The translations under genes were made by a program, and so were the position numbers. Positions 12,786-23,410 of a stretch of DNA of 64,000 nt are shown here, piece after piece. The notes below the pieces were generated by a model. That model was not told the DNA's origin. It did not search any database and saw only the letters and a program-made list of their open reading frames with translations. Every line of letters starts with the position of its first letter. Within the stretch, counting starts at the first letter, position 1. The stretch covers positions 108,936,001 to 109,000,000 of the forward strand of contig NC_058368.1 in assembly GCF_018350175.1 (NCBI RefSeq), in the 5' to 3' direction. This DNA is from Felis catus (lineage: Eukaryota).

Positions 12786-12939
12786 AATTTTACACAATGA
12801 TTTACACAATTTTTTTTTCTTTTCAGATTATATTGAAGTGATTGTAAATGTTGGAAATGAAGAACCAAGCCCACTTAAACAGAGCATTTTTGTAGTGTTA
12901 TTTTGCTATTGGGGAATGATCTTAGGAAGAAAGCTTTTC

Positions 12940-13710
12940 TTTTTTTTCTCTTCAAAAAAAAAAAAAATGCCACTAAGAAAGAAAAGGCAAGCGATTAAAA
13001 CAAGAGAATATCTTTGCAACATATATAAACAGTATAAAGTTCGTATCCAGAATATGTCAAATATTCCTACAAATTAGTAAGAAAAATAAATCAATAGAAA
13101 AATGCATCAGAGACTCAAAAATAACTCATAAAAGAATATCCAGGTGGCCAATACATATATGAAATATGTTCAATATCATTCATAATCAGAGAAATGTAAA
13201 ACAAAACTACAGGATACAATCACACGCCAACAGAAAGTCTGAAACATAAGAGTTTGACAAACACAAAATACTGGTAAGGTGACAGTGCAATGGGAACTCT
13301 CACACATAGTTGGTCAGAGGGAAGATACAACTGTTTTGAGAAAGTGTCATAATTAGTAAATTCCAATGACACTATCACTCCATTCCTAGGCATGAAATGA
13401 ATAGAGATGTGTGTACAGTTAACAAGTACAAGAATATTCAGACCAGAGTAAATTATATCCCCAAAGTGGAAGAAATTCTTATGTCCCTCAAGAGAATGGA
13501 TAAATAAATTATGATACAGTCATCCAATGGAATACTATAAAGTACTTAAAAGGAATGAACTACAGATACACAAAAACAACATGGGTATATCTTAAAAACA
13601 TAACACTGAGTAAAATAAACTAGACAAAAAAGAATGCATATCATATTCAAGCACAAAAACTTTTTAAAAAGTAAAATTACATACTGCTAAATTATAAAAC
13701 TGAATTATCT
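12940..13710 (+). mobile_element. Old L1M 3' fragment
   Basis: Degenerate L1 ORF2 end/3' UTR (gaaaaggcaagc...atctttgcaac...gaatggataaataaattatg). Confidence 0.7.
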
Positions 13711-13729
13711 CAAAAGACCACTAAATTTA

Positions 13730-15097
13730 TTATTTTTTGTTGTTTTTTTATATATGAAATTTATTGTCAAATTAGTTTCCATACAACACCCAGTGCTCAT
13801 CCCAAAAGATGCCCTCTTCAATGCCCATCACCTACCCTCCCCTCCCTCCCACCCCCCATCAACCCTCAGTTTGTTCTCAGTTTTTAAAAGTCTCTTATGC
13901 TTTGGCTCTCTCTCCCACTCTAACATCTTTTTTTTCCTTCCCCTCCCCTATAGGTTTCTGTTAAGTTTCTCAGGATCCACATAAGAGTGAAAACATATGG
14001 TATCTGTCTTTCTCTGTATGGCTTATTTCACTTAGCATCACACTCTCCAGTTCCATCCACGTTGCTACAAAGGGCCATAGTTCATTCTTTCTCATTGCCA
14101 CGTAGTACTACATTGTGTATATAAACCACAATTTCTTTATCCATTCATCAGTTGATGAATGGCTCTTTCCATAATTTGGCTATTGTTGAGAGTGCTGCTA
14201 TAAACATTGGCGTACAAGTGCCCCTAGGCATCAGCACTCCCTTATCCCTTGGGTAAATTCCTAGCAGTGCTACTGCTGGGTCATAGGGTAGGTCTATTTT
14301 TAATTTTTTTTAATTTATTTTTATTTTTTTTTTAATTTTTTTTTCAACGTTTTATTTTATTTTTGGGACAGAGAAAGACAGAGAATGAACAGAGGAGGGG
14401 CAGAGAGAGAGGGAGACACAGAATCGGAAACAGGCTCCAGGGTCCGAGCCATCAGCCCAGAGCCTGACGCGGGGCTCGAACTCCCGGACCGCGAGATCGT
14501 GACCTGGCTGAAGTCGGACACTTAACCGACTGCGCAACCCAGGCGCCCCTATTTTTAATTTTTTGAGGAACCTCCACACTGTTTCCCAGAGCGGCTGCAC
14601 CAGTTTGCATTCCCACCAACAGTGCAAGAGGGTTCCCGTTTCTCCACATCCTCACCAGCATCTCTAGTCTCCTGATTTGTTCATTTTGGCCACTCTGACT
14701 GGTGTGAGGTGATATCTGAGTGTGGTTTTGATTTATATTTCCCTGATGAGGAGCAATGTTGAGCATCTTTTCACGTGCCTGTTGGCCATCTGGATGTCTT
14801 CTTTAGAGAAGTGTCTATTCATGTTTTCTGCCCATTTCTTCACTGGATTGTTTGTTTTTCAGGTGTGGAATTTGGTGAGCTCTTTATAGATTTTGGGTAC
14901 TAGCCCTTTGTCCGATATGTCATTTGCAAATATCTTTTCCCATTCTGTTAGTTGCCTTTTCGTTTTGTTGATTGTTTCCTTTGCTGTGCAGAAGCTTTTT
15001 ATCTTCATGAGGTCCCAATAGTTCATTTTTGCTTTTAATTCCCTTGCCTTTGGGGATGTGTCAAGTAAGAAATTGCTGCGGCTGAGGTCAGAGAGGT
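13730..15097 (-). mobile_element. Young 5'-truncated felid L1 with 18-bp TSD and a nested SINE
   Basis: TSD AAAAGACCACTAAATTTA at 13712-13729 and 15098-15115; ORF2 peptide (KARELKAKMNYWDLMKIKSFCTAKET). Confidence 0.95.
14310..14549 (-). mobile_element. Young felid CAN-SINE nested in L1
   Basis: CpG-intact felid SINE; TSD TATTTTTAATTTTTT. Confidence 0.92.
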
Positions 15098-15269
15098 AAA
15101 AGACCACTAAATTTAATTATATGTACTAAAAACAGAAAATAGAAAAATTTTCAAGACATATTATTAACAAAAGTAAACTGTAGAATAACATGTATGATGT
15201 GATTCTATTTATGTAAAATATACTTTGTATATTATATGCCTAAAATATTTAATAAAACCTACTGTTAAT

Positions 15270-15435
15270 AATGGAAAGTTCTATAATCTATTCAATTCAG
15301 TAGCCACATATGGCTGGCTGCTGGACACTTAAAACATAGTTAATCTAACTGAGGAATTGCATATTTTATTTAATTTGAATTAATTTCAATTTAAACAGCC
15401 TCATGTGGCTAGCGTTTACAGCATTAGACAGTACA
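15270..15435. mobile_element. MER3-like hAT non-autonomous element
   Basis: gtagccacatatggct...aatttaaacagcctcatgtggctagc quasi-palindrome. Confidence 0.6.
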
Positions 15436-15464
15436 TTATGGATATATAGTGATTTCCTCTAGAA

Positions 15465-15686
15465 CAGGGTTTCCCAACCTTGGCCCTAGTCACATTTGGG
15501 ACCGATGGTACTTTGTCACAGGGCTGTTCTGTACACTGTTGACATTTAGCAGCACCCCTACCCTCCACCCTCCAGATGCTAATAATACCCTCTCAGTCAT
15601 GACCAAATTATCTTCAGTCAAAATTATCTTTAGACCTTGCTATATATTCCCTGGAGGGCAAATCATTCCCAATTGAAAACCACTTG
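15465..15686 (+). mobile_element. MER20-like hAT element
   Basis: CAGGGTTTCCCAAC...TTGAAAACCACTTG termini with 8-bp TSD CTCTAGAA/CTCTAGAG. Confidence 0.8.
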
Positions 15687-17194
15687 CTCTAGAGATAGGA
15701 AGAAAATGAAGGAAGAGAGCATTGTAACATCTTTCTCTGTTTCTGTTTTGTCTAAATTGTTTAAAAGGATCAAGTACATAGATATTCTTTATGTAATTAA
15801 TAATTTAAAAAGGAAGCCTACTTCCTCATGGATAAAATGGGAAGTATATATCTAAACTCTTAAACTGTGAATATTAAAAACGAAATAGAAACAAATCAAT
15901 TTCTTGCTAAAGTTAAAGAATGAAAGTTATTTCACATGAATAGTTACTAAGAGCAGTGGAGGGATAAGATGGAATCTAGAACAAAAATCTATAACTAGGA
16001 GAAAGTTATTTTTGCCATTCACAAAAATAGGTAAAACAGAAGCAAGAACCATTTAAGGGACATAAAATGAGCCTGGTTTGGGATACATTAAGATGGAAGA
16101 ACTTGTGGGCTATTTAAGTAGAGCTGCAGCTTCTAGCCAGAAAACGGTAAAAATTAGAATTAAAAATTAAAGAGTTCTCAATACATAGGTAGTATTTGCA
16201 ATGATGAGCCTTCGGGGAAAGCAAAATGGCTACAAAGAAACTCTGACCCTAACTGAGAAGTGAGAAAGAGGACCACAGGAGAGCGGAGAAGTTGTACCCA
16301 GAGAGACAGAAAAACAAAACAAAACAAAACAAAAAAAAAAAACAGAAGACAATGGGATCATGAAAGCCAAGAGAAGGCTTTAAAAAAAGAGTGCTAAAGT
16401 CTCCTTAGATCTCATCTTTACAAAATATAATAAAGAAATATTAAGTAGCCTATTGGCACAAGAAGAGATGAAAGAGATTTAATTCAGTAAAGAGTGAGGT
16501 CAATCTCAAAGCAGCACTCACCATTAAAGGAATAACTGTGAACTGAGAAATCACTAGTCCTACCAGTCATCAAAGGAAGGCTGTGCTAGAATAAAACCGC
16601 AGAAGTCTCTTGTACCTCTGTCATTCTTGCCTACTCAGACAGCAGCAGGCCTCAGAACCTCAGCTGTCCTTTGGTCCTCAGGAGAGGAGCAGACAACAGT
16701 CTCCCTAGCAAACATTTTCTGAAAGGTCTGTAGCACTCTGGCCTCTGACCAAAGTAAGGTGGATCCCTTTTGGACTACGAAACACACAAACCACAGTTAA
16801 TCAGAAACTCTCATGCTTGGGCTCCAGACTCTTCATTCTTGATGCTGCTTCCAAAGATTAAGTTTCCATAAGTGAGTCTGAAGTACTAAATTAGGTTAAT
16901 GGTCCATAAAGCTCAGACTACAATGTATTTTTATTGTAAGCTTCTAAATCTAATGTTTACCTGTGAAAACACACTTTTGCATTTTGTCATTATTTCAGAA
17001 AGCCCTAATCCAGATCTGAGTTCATGAACTACACTAAGTCTGGGAAGTTCTGAAACTATAGGTAAAAATTAGTGTGCAGATTTTTAGGGAGAAAGTCCTT
17101 GATTTTCATAACATTCTCAAGGTCTGTCACCCAAGGGTTAACAGTCATTTTAAGTGCATTTTTTCCTCCCTAGAGTCCTATTTATGATCATTCG

Positions 17195-17236
17195 TTTATT
17201 TTTTTATGTTAATTTATTTGGAGAGAGTGAGGGAGG

Positions 17237-17291
<55 letters not shown>

Positions 17292-17420
17292 ACTCCCAAG
17301 CTGGCTCCACACCGTCAGCACAGAGCCCAATGAGGGGCTCAACCCCACAAACCATGAGATCATGACTTGAGCAGAAATCAAGAGTTGGTCGCTTAACCAA
17401 CTGAGCCACCCAGGCACCCC
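17195..17420 (-). mobile_element. CAN-SINE with expanded (GA)n
   Basis: Head at 17420, (GA)n ~17240-17288. Confidence 0.9.
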
Positions 17421-18269
17421 AATCATTCATTTAATAATTCCCATTCCCATTAATGGGAATAATTCCCATTAATAATTCCCATTCATGTGGGAAGTTCAGG
17501 TAGATATATCCACTAGGAACATGGATATAAGGCTATAGGAATAAACTTAAGAGAAAGATTTGAAAACAAACAAACAAAATAGTTTAACAAACCATAAGCC
17601 TATAAACAGTTGTTAAAGTATCAGGAGCAGATAGGATGCATCCTCCTACAGGATAGTATTCTAAAAAGGAAAATGGAATTACATCAGGAAACACATACAG
17701 GAGAAAGGTAGGCCAATGATGAAGAACCAGAAAGCGAAGTTGGTAAAAAAGGAAGAACCAAGAATCATTCATTAACTGTGCTTCTGTTAACAGGAGAAAA
17801 AAAAAAAAAAAAAAGGTAAAAATACCTAGATTTGGCCACTAGGAGGACCCCGACCACTTGACCACACAATTTCAGGGAGTTAGGTGGCGTAGACTCACTG
17901 TGTCAAAAAATGAAGGGAAGTGCTTGCCAGTGAAACCAAGAAGATAAAGAAATTGACAGCTCTGAGCCCATAACGTACAAGGGAGGGTTTGGTTATTACT
18001 TTAGTTAAGTTTTGATGGCATTAAATTCATGAGGTAAGGAAAGAAGGACTTTTCAGAGAGGAATATCAGAGAAGGTAGACCTCCTGGGGGTTTGCGGATC
18101 TTCCACATTACAAAAGCATTTTCAGAAAGGTACTGAAAAGTTCCCTCAAAACACAAAATTTTGGCTTTGCTCAATACCCGTGGTCTTTTCCTACCACTTC
18201 TCTGAACCCTCAAATGCTTTCCAACAAAATTATTTTCCCGGTTTCAAAAGCATAAAGAATCTGTACAAA

Positions 18270-18780
18270 ATTTAAATAAAACTCCACAAAGCATCCTCAG
18301 CCTTGCAAATGCTGGCTAAGACATCACTGGGGACCCCCACACCCCTCCTCAGGGTGCACCCTCTATTCCACCTGTCAATGAGAAAGCCCCTCGACGGCAT
18401 ACAGCCCCCACAGGGCCCACCAGGCCGTGCCTTGCGGGTCCTGAGCGGCGGCTCCGATTGGACAGGCCTGAAGGGAGGGGCGGACACATGCCCTAAGTCA
18501 CAGCAGCTACAACGACAGTCTCATCCACGGCCCACTCCCCCACACCACCGCTCTGCCTCACCTCTGGGAACACCAGAGCCTTTCCAGAATCCTCTGGCAC
18601 TGCCCCTTCCGGAAGCTGCCACAACAAGCCCCGCCCCCTCCTGGCACCTCCCACAAGTTTCCTTCCGGGTACTGAGCTCCTGGAAGCGCCCTCCAGGAAC
18701 TTCTGTTCCAGGTGGGGGTTACTGACCTTAAGCTTATAAGCAGGTAAATATATTATTTAACGGGCGCCGGTAACTGCTGT
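18270..18780 (+). promoter_or_regulatory. Orphan GC-rich promoter-like element (candidate antisense lncRNA promoter or enhancer)
   Basis: Inverted CCAAT 18457-18461, GC boxes 18473-18483 and 18629-18638, ETS palindrome CTTCCGGAAG 18606-18615, TTCCGG ~18663, donor CAG|GTAAAT at 18743. Confidence 0.6.
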
Positions 18781-19208
18781 AAAGAAAAACAAAGCAGGGA
18801 AAAGAGAAGGGAGATGAGTGAAAAATTCCTTCCTAGTAGTCATTAGTCCCCTGAATGATAAGGGCTTTCCTATAAAGTGGTATTTGATCGGCCTGAAGGG
18901 AATGAGGGCAGTAACTACCTAGGAGAACATCCCAGGAGGAGGGACTAGCAAACAAAATAGCGCTGAAGAAGGTAGTGTGGCTGGGGCAGAGGCATCAGGA
19001 AGGGTGATGCATGCCAAGGCAGGGTCTCCCGGACCTGATAAGGATCGGAGGTGTCCACCAGCGCTCATCATGACACTGGACTGCCGGTGTGTGATCCCGA
19101 GTCACCACTGCAAAACCAGCGGCCGGAGTGACAAGTCGGGCGTTGGAGGAACAGTAACATTGGACCAAGAAACAGGCAGCTCTGTCAACCACATAACGTA
19201 ATTATGTT

Positions 19209-19368
19209 TAGGGGTGCCAGATCATATATGGGATGCCCAGTTAAATTTGAAGTTCTAACAGGCAACGAATAATTTTGTGGCGTATAGCTCAGGCAAAATT
19301 ACTCGTTGTTTATCTGAAATTAAAGTTTAACTGGGTGTCCTGTATTTTTATTTGCTAAGGCTGGCAGC
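19209..19368. mobile_element. MER53-like palindromic hAT MITE
   Basis: ggatgcccagttaaatttgaa ... aaagtttaactgggtgtcctg inverted arms, MER53-type termini. Confidence 0.75.
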
Positions 19369-19596
19369 AGAAATGCTACAATTCACACGCGAGGTTTGGA
19401 AACTTAGGAACAGTACCGCGCCAATCATTGGAGCCTGAGGCAAAAGAAACATCTGCCTCTTACATACGTGTGTTAATGTTTATTGTTCTTAAAGATTAGT
19501 TTTAAATACTGAAGAACTGTAAAGTTGGTATATTAAAATTCATGTTATTTTAAATATTTTTGTTTATACCCAAAGTTTAAAAATATATGGAAGCTT

Positions 19597-19810
19597 GGGG
19601 CGCCTGGGTGGCTCAGTCGGTTGAGCGTCTGACTTCACCCAGGTCATGATCTCACAGTCCGTGAGTTCGAGCCCCGCGTCGGGCTCTGTGCTGACAGCTC
19701 AGAGCCTGGAGCCTGCTTCAGATTCTGTGTCTCCCTCTCTCTCTGACCCTCCCCCGTTCATGCTCTGTCTCTCTCTGTCTCAAAAATAAATAAACATTTA
19801 AAAATATATA
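19597..19810 (+). mobile_element. CAN-SINE
   Basis: ggggcgcctgggtggctcagtcgg; TSD ATATATGGAAGCT. Confidence 0.92.
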
Positions 19811-21058
19811 TATATGGAAGCTCATAAATAAAATTTTTAACATTTACTTCTCTTGACCAAGTCCAAATCTAAATAATTTTTAATTAACATTAGTTTATTA
19901 AGACTTACTTTGTAGGATGCCACCACTGTGAATGGTAGTGTTTTAAAAAAATTTCTCTAGACCACATCTATATTTGGATAGGATTCCACCAAGAATGATT
20001 TGTGAATCTGTTTTACAGGATCCAAATACACTCCTGATTTTTTATTACAAAATTGCTGCCTAAAACTACTTCAGATGGAAATTTCCACAGGATTTAAATA
20101 ATCAGACTACTATTTAAGAGGTTGTGTTTTGTAAATCAGATGTATTCATAGAAAATGACTGTTCTCCATAGAAAATAACAGTTCCCCAATTTAAAATATT
20201 TGAAGACGTCTCCATTTTTAGAACATCCATGATCTCTTTAATTTCTATTTGATAAACACATTTCCTATAGTAGTTGATAACACTCATCAGGTGGTTTGTA
20301 CATTTCCAGTCTCTTCATTTTCAAGTTCAGGACATATATTCTTATCTCTTGCTAATATTTTACATTAATCAAACATACTTTCAGAGTTACTTACTCTTAT
20401 TTGTTACAAACAAAAGGATAGACCTTCTCTTAAGCTAGCAATGCAGCATTGTATATCGTCATGGGTTTTTTTATTGTAAACCTTTAACTTTTTCTAAATA
20501 TCACATACAGATAAAATGCATAAAAATTTGTAATCTCTTACATCAAGATGCTTTCTATTTCAGCATATTTTGTCATTTAATGTTCTTTTAACAGATATCT
20601 GTTATTTGTGTGAAGTACTTTGATTGCATTTGACCTTGATGCCCCTTAGGATTCATGTGAGTGTTTTAATGTAGTTTTTAGAACAGGCATAATATTCTAC
20701 CTGCTCATTGAAGTCACAAAATACATGTATATCCTTTGTCCAATACTAAAACTGGTTATATTGGAATTCCTTGAAAACAGCATTTTTTCACATTAAATTA
20801 TTTCATGAGGTGAACAAGGAACAAATTTGGCATAATTATTTGGACAAATAATGGCTTGTATACTCTTGTATAGACACCCGCTATATTTGTTCCACTATCA
20901 TGATCCTGGCTTCCAAGGTTTTTTTGTCAATACTTTTTCCACTTTAAGAATTTTATTAGCTAGCCTATATCCTTTTATCTCTTCAATAAAATAAAATAAA
21001 ACTTTCGTCTATTGTTAAGACATTCTTAATGCAAACGTATTTAATAATATAACATACT

Positions 21059-21470
21059 TGGGGTGCCTGGGAGGCTCAGTAGGTTAAGCATCCAACTTTT
21101 TTTTTTTAATGTTTATATATTTTTTAGAGAGAGACAGAGAGCACAAGCAGGGGGAGAGGCAGAGAGTGGTGGAGACACAGAATCTGAAGCAGGCTCCAGG
21201 CTCCTAGCTGACCCTGGGCAGACCCTGACCTGGGGTTCAAACCTATGAACCATGAGATCATGACCTGAGTGGAGTCAGACACTTACTGACTCTTGATTTC
21301 GGCTCAGTTGATGATCTCACAGTTGCTGAGATCGAGCCCCTCATTGGGCTTTGCGCTGACAGTGTAGGGCCTTCTCAGAATGTTCTGTCTCTCTCTCTCC
21401 CCCTCCCGTGCACACACACACACTCTGTCTCACTCTCCTAAAATAAATAAATAAGCTTAAAAAAAAAAAT
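21059..21470. mobile_element. Composite CAN-SINE: + copy interrupted by an inverted copy (~21098-21282)
   Basis: Head, then poly(T) and a reverse SINE body, then the + SINE resumes at ctcttgatttcggctcag. Confidence 0.8.
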
Positions 21471-21577
21471 CTGGCACACTTGTTCATGATGGCTACATCT
21501 GGCATACAAAGAATAAGTTAAAGTATTTCACTCACTTTATTCCCAATAGTGTTTCAAATCTAACATGATTTCCTAGT

Positions 21578-21955
21578 AACACTATATGTTCCCCTAAAAT
21601 TCCTATGTTGAAGTCCTAATCTCCAGTACTCTGGAATGCAGTGCAACTGTGTTTGGACTTAGGGCCTTAAAGAGGTAATAGAGGTAATATGAGATCATTA
21701 TCAGCGGGCCCTAAACATGACTAGTGTCCTTTTAAGAGTTTAGGCCATAGACAACACACAGACCAAGGGATGTCCAGAATAAGGGCATAGTAAGCAAGTG
21801 TCCACTTGCAAGTGAAATAGCGAAACTTCAGAAGTAACCAAACTTTCCCACACCTTGATCTTGGACTTTTAGCTTCCAGAAATGTGAGAAAATGTCTACT
21901 GTTTAAGCCACTTAATCGGTGATGTTTTATTATGACAGCCCTAGGAAACATACAA
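21578..21955 (+). mobile_element. MLT1-type MaLR solo LTR
   Basis: cctatgttgaagtcctaatctccagtac ... ttaagccac...ttattatgacagccctaggaaacataca. Confidence 0.8.
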
Positions 21956-22724
21956 GTTGTAAATTTATATTGAATTTTATTAGACAAATAAGGCACAGAT
22001 TCCCTTTTAGGATAGCTACATCACATATAATAAGTTCAGTTAAATTAAGAAACATAGTAATTGGTTTTTCAACATTTAGTATCTGTTTAACCTGGAAACT
22101 AAAACAATGTCTAAAGTATAACTGACAGAAGTCTGGAAGTAAAAGGACATGTTATTGTGACCAGCTGTTTGGTCAAACACTAGTCTAGATCTTTATCTCA
22201 CATATTAGACTGTCAGACATATAGCCTTCGGCTTACGCAACAAAAAAGAGGTTTATGTTACTAGGCAATGAGAGGGCTATAAATAATAGAACTATCAAAA
22301 AGTAGCAAAGGGAGTGTGAGATGTAATGAAGGATAGTGAATATAGCTAGATGATCATCTTTCAAATTTCCAAAGTGTTAAAATCAAGAGACATGTACTTT
22401 GTAAGTATATGGTTTACAGTCAGAAAAATTAAAAAGAGACTATGGATAGAGGTTCCTCTAGGAAGGTAACAAGAAGAAAGCAGTAGGGTGGGGAAGAATT
22501 ATTCATGGTAAGCTCATGTTCCTTAATTTTAAAGCCATATGCATGTATTTTTAACTGGGATGGCAGAGAAAGCAAACTTTGCGTGTGCTTCAAGATCCAG
22601 ATCTAACGTTGCCTACTGTAGTGCCAGCTTCCTGGTTAAATTAGACAGTCACTCTTCTGTTACGCAAGCACTTGGTTCTGTTATCATACCTCTCCTATTT
22701 CACACATCTATTTAAGAATGCCTT

Positions 22725-22957
22725 GGGGCGCCTGGGTGGCGCAGTCGGTTAAGCGTCCAACTTCAGCCTGGTCACGATCTCACGGTCTGTGAGTTCGAGC
22801 CCCACGTCAGGCTCTGGGCTGATGGCTCAGAGCCTGGAGCCTGTTTCCGATTCTGTGTCTCCCTCTCTCTCTGCCCCTCCCCCGTTCATGCTCTGTCTCT
22901 CTCTGTCCCAAAAATAAAAAATTAAAAAAACGTTGAAAAAAAAATTTAAAAAAAAAA
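22725..22957 (+). mobile_element. Young felid CAN-SINE
   Basis: ggggcgcctgggtggcgcagtcgg; TSD AATGCCTT. Confidence 0.92.
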
Positions 22958-23204
22958 ATGCCTTCCATTACTCCAAATTACTTAAAGTTAAAAGCAGTAT
23001 TTATCTTTATTTCCATATCAGATCTTTAATAACTGTTGAATCGATGAAAAATATGAATTACTTTGAATAAAGGCTTTGGGAAGCTACCAGATCAGGATTT
23101 GATTCCCAGGCTTTTCACTTAGCATCAGTGAAATCTCATGGGACCTCAGGTGTCTTACCTAACCTTTATGACCTCCAGCTTGTTAGTTAAAAATTGTGAG
23201 TTTA

Positions 23205-23410
23205 GTGGCACCTGGGTGGCTCAGTTGGTTAAGCATCCAACTTCACCTAGGTCATGATCTCATGATTCGTGAGTCTGAGCCCCGCATTGGGCTCTGTGCT
23301 GACAGTTCGGAGCCTGGAGCCTGCTTTGGATTCTGTGTCTCCCTCTTCCTCTCTGCCCCTCCCCCCGCCTAAAAAAAAAAACAAAACATTAAAACAAAAA
23401 AAAATTTTTT
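23205..23410 (+). mobile_element. CAN-SINE
   Basis: ggcacctgggtggctcagttgg; TSD ~AAAxTTGTGAGTTT. Confidence 0.88.

Larger units (their letters stand above)
19430..21550 (-). mobile_element. Fossil hAT (Tip100/Zaphod/Arthur-like) transposon with transposase remnant, interrupted by SINEs
   Basis: Minus strand ~20800-20912 reads QDHDSGTNIAGVY...YAKFVPCSPH, resembling the hAT GQxYDxAxNMxG...C2H motif; AT-rich. Confidence 0.6.

Noticed and set aside
12954..12967. Poly(A) as the tail of a retrocopy
   Set aside because: Flanks fit L1 ORF2 sequence (ctcttcaaaa...ccactaagaaa), so it looks like an expanded A run within the L1
18303..18725. 140-aa ORF over the orphan GC-rich element
   Set aside because: Pro-rich low-complexity translation; the motif content fits a regulatory element better
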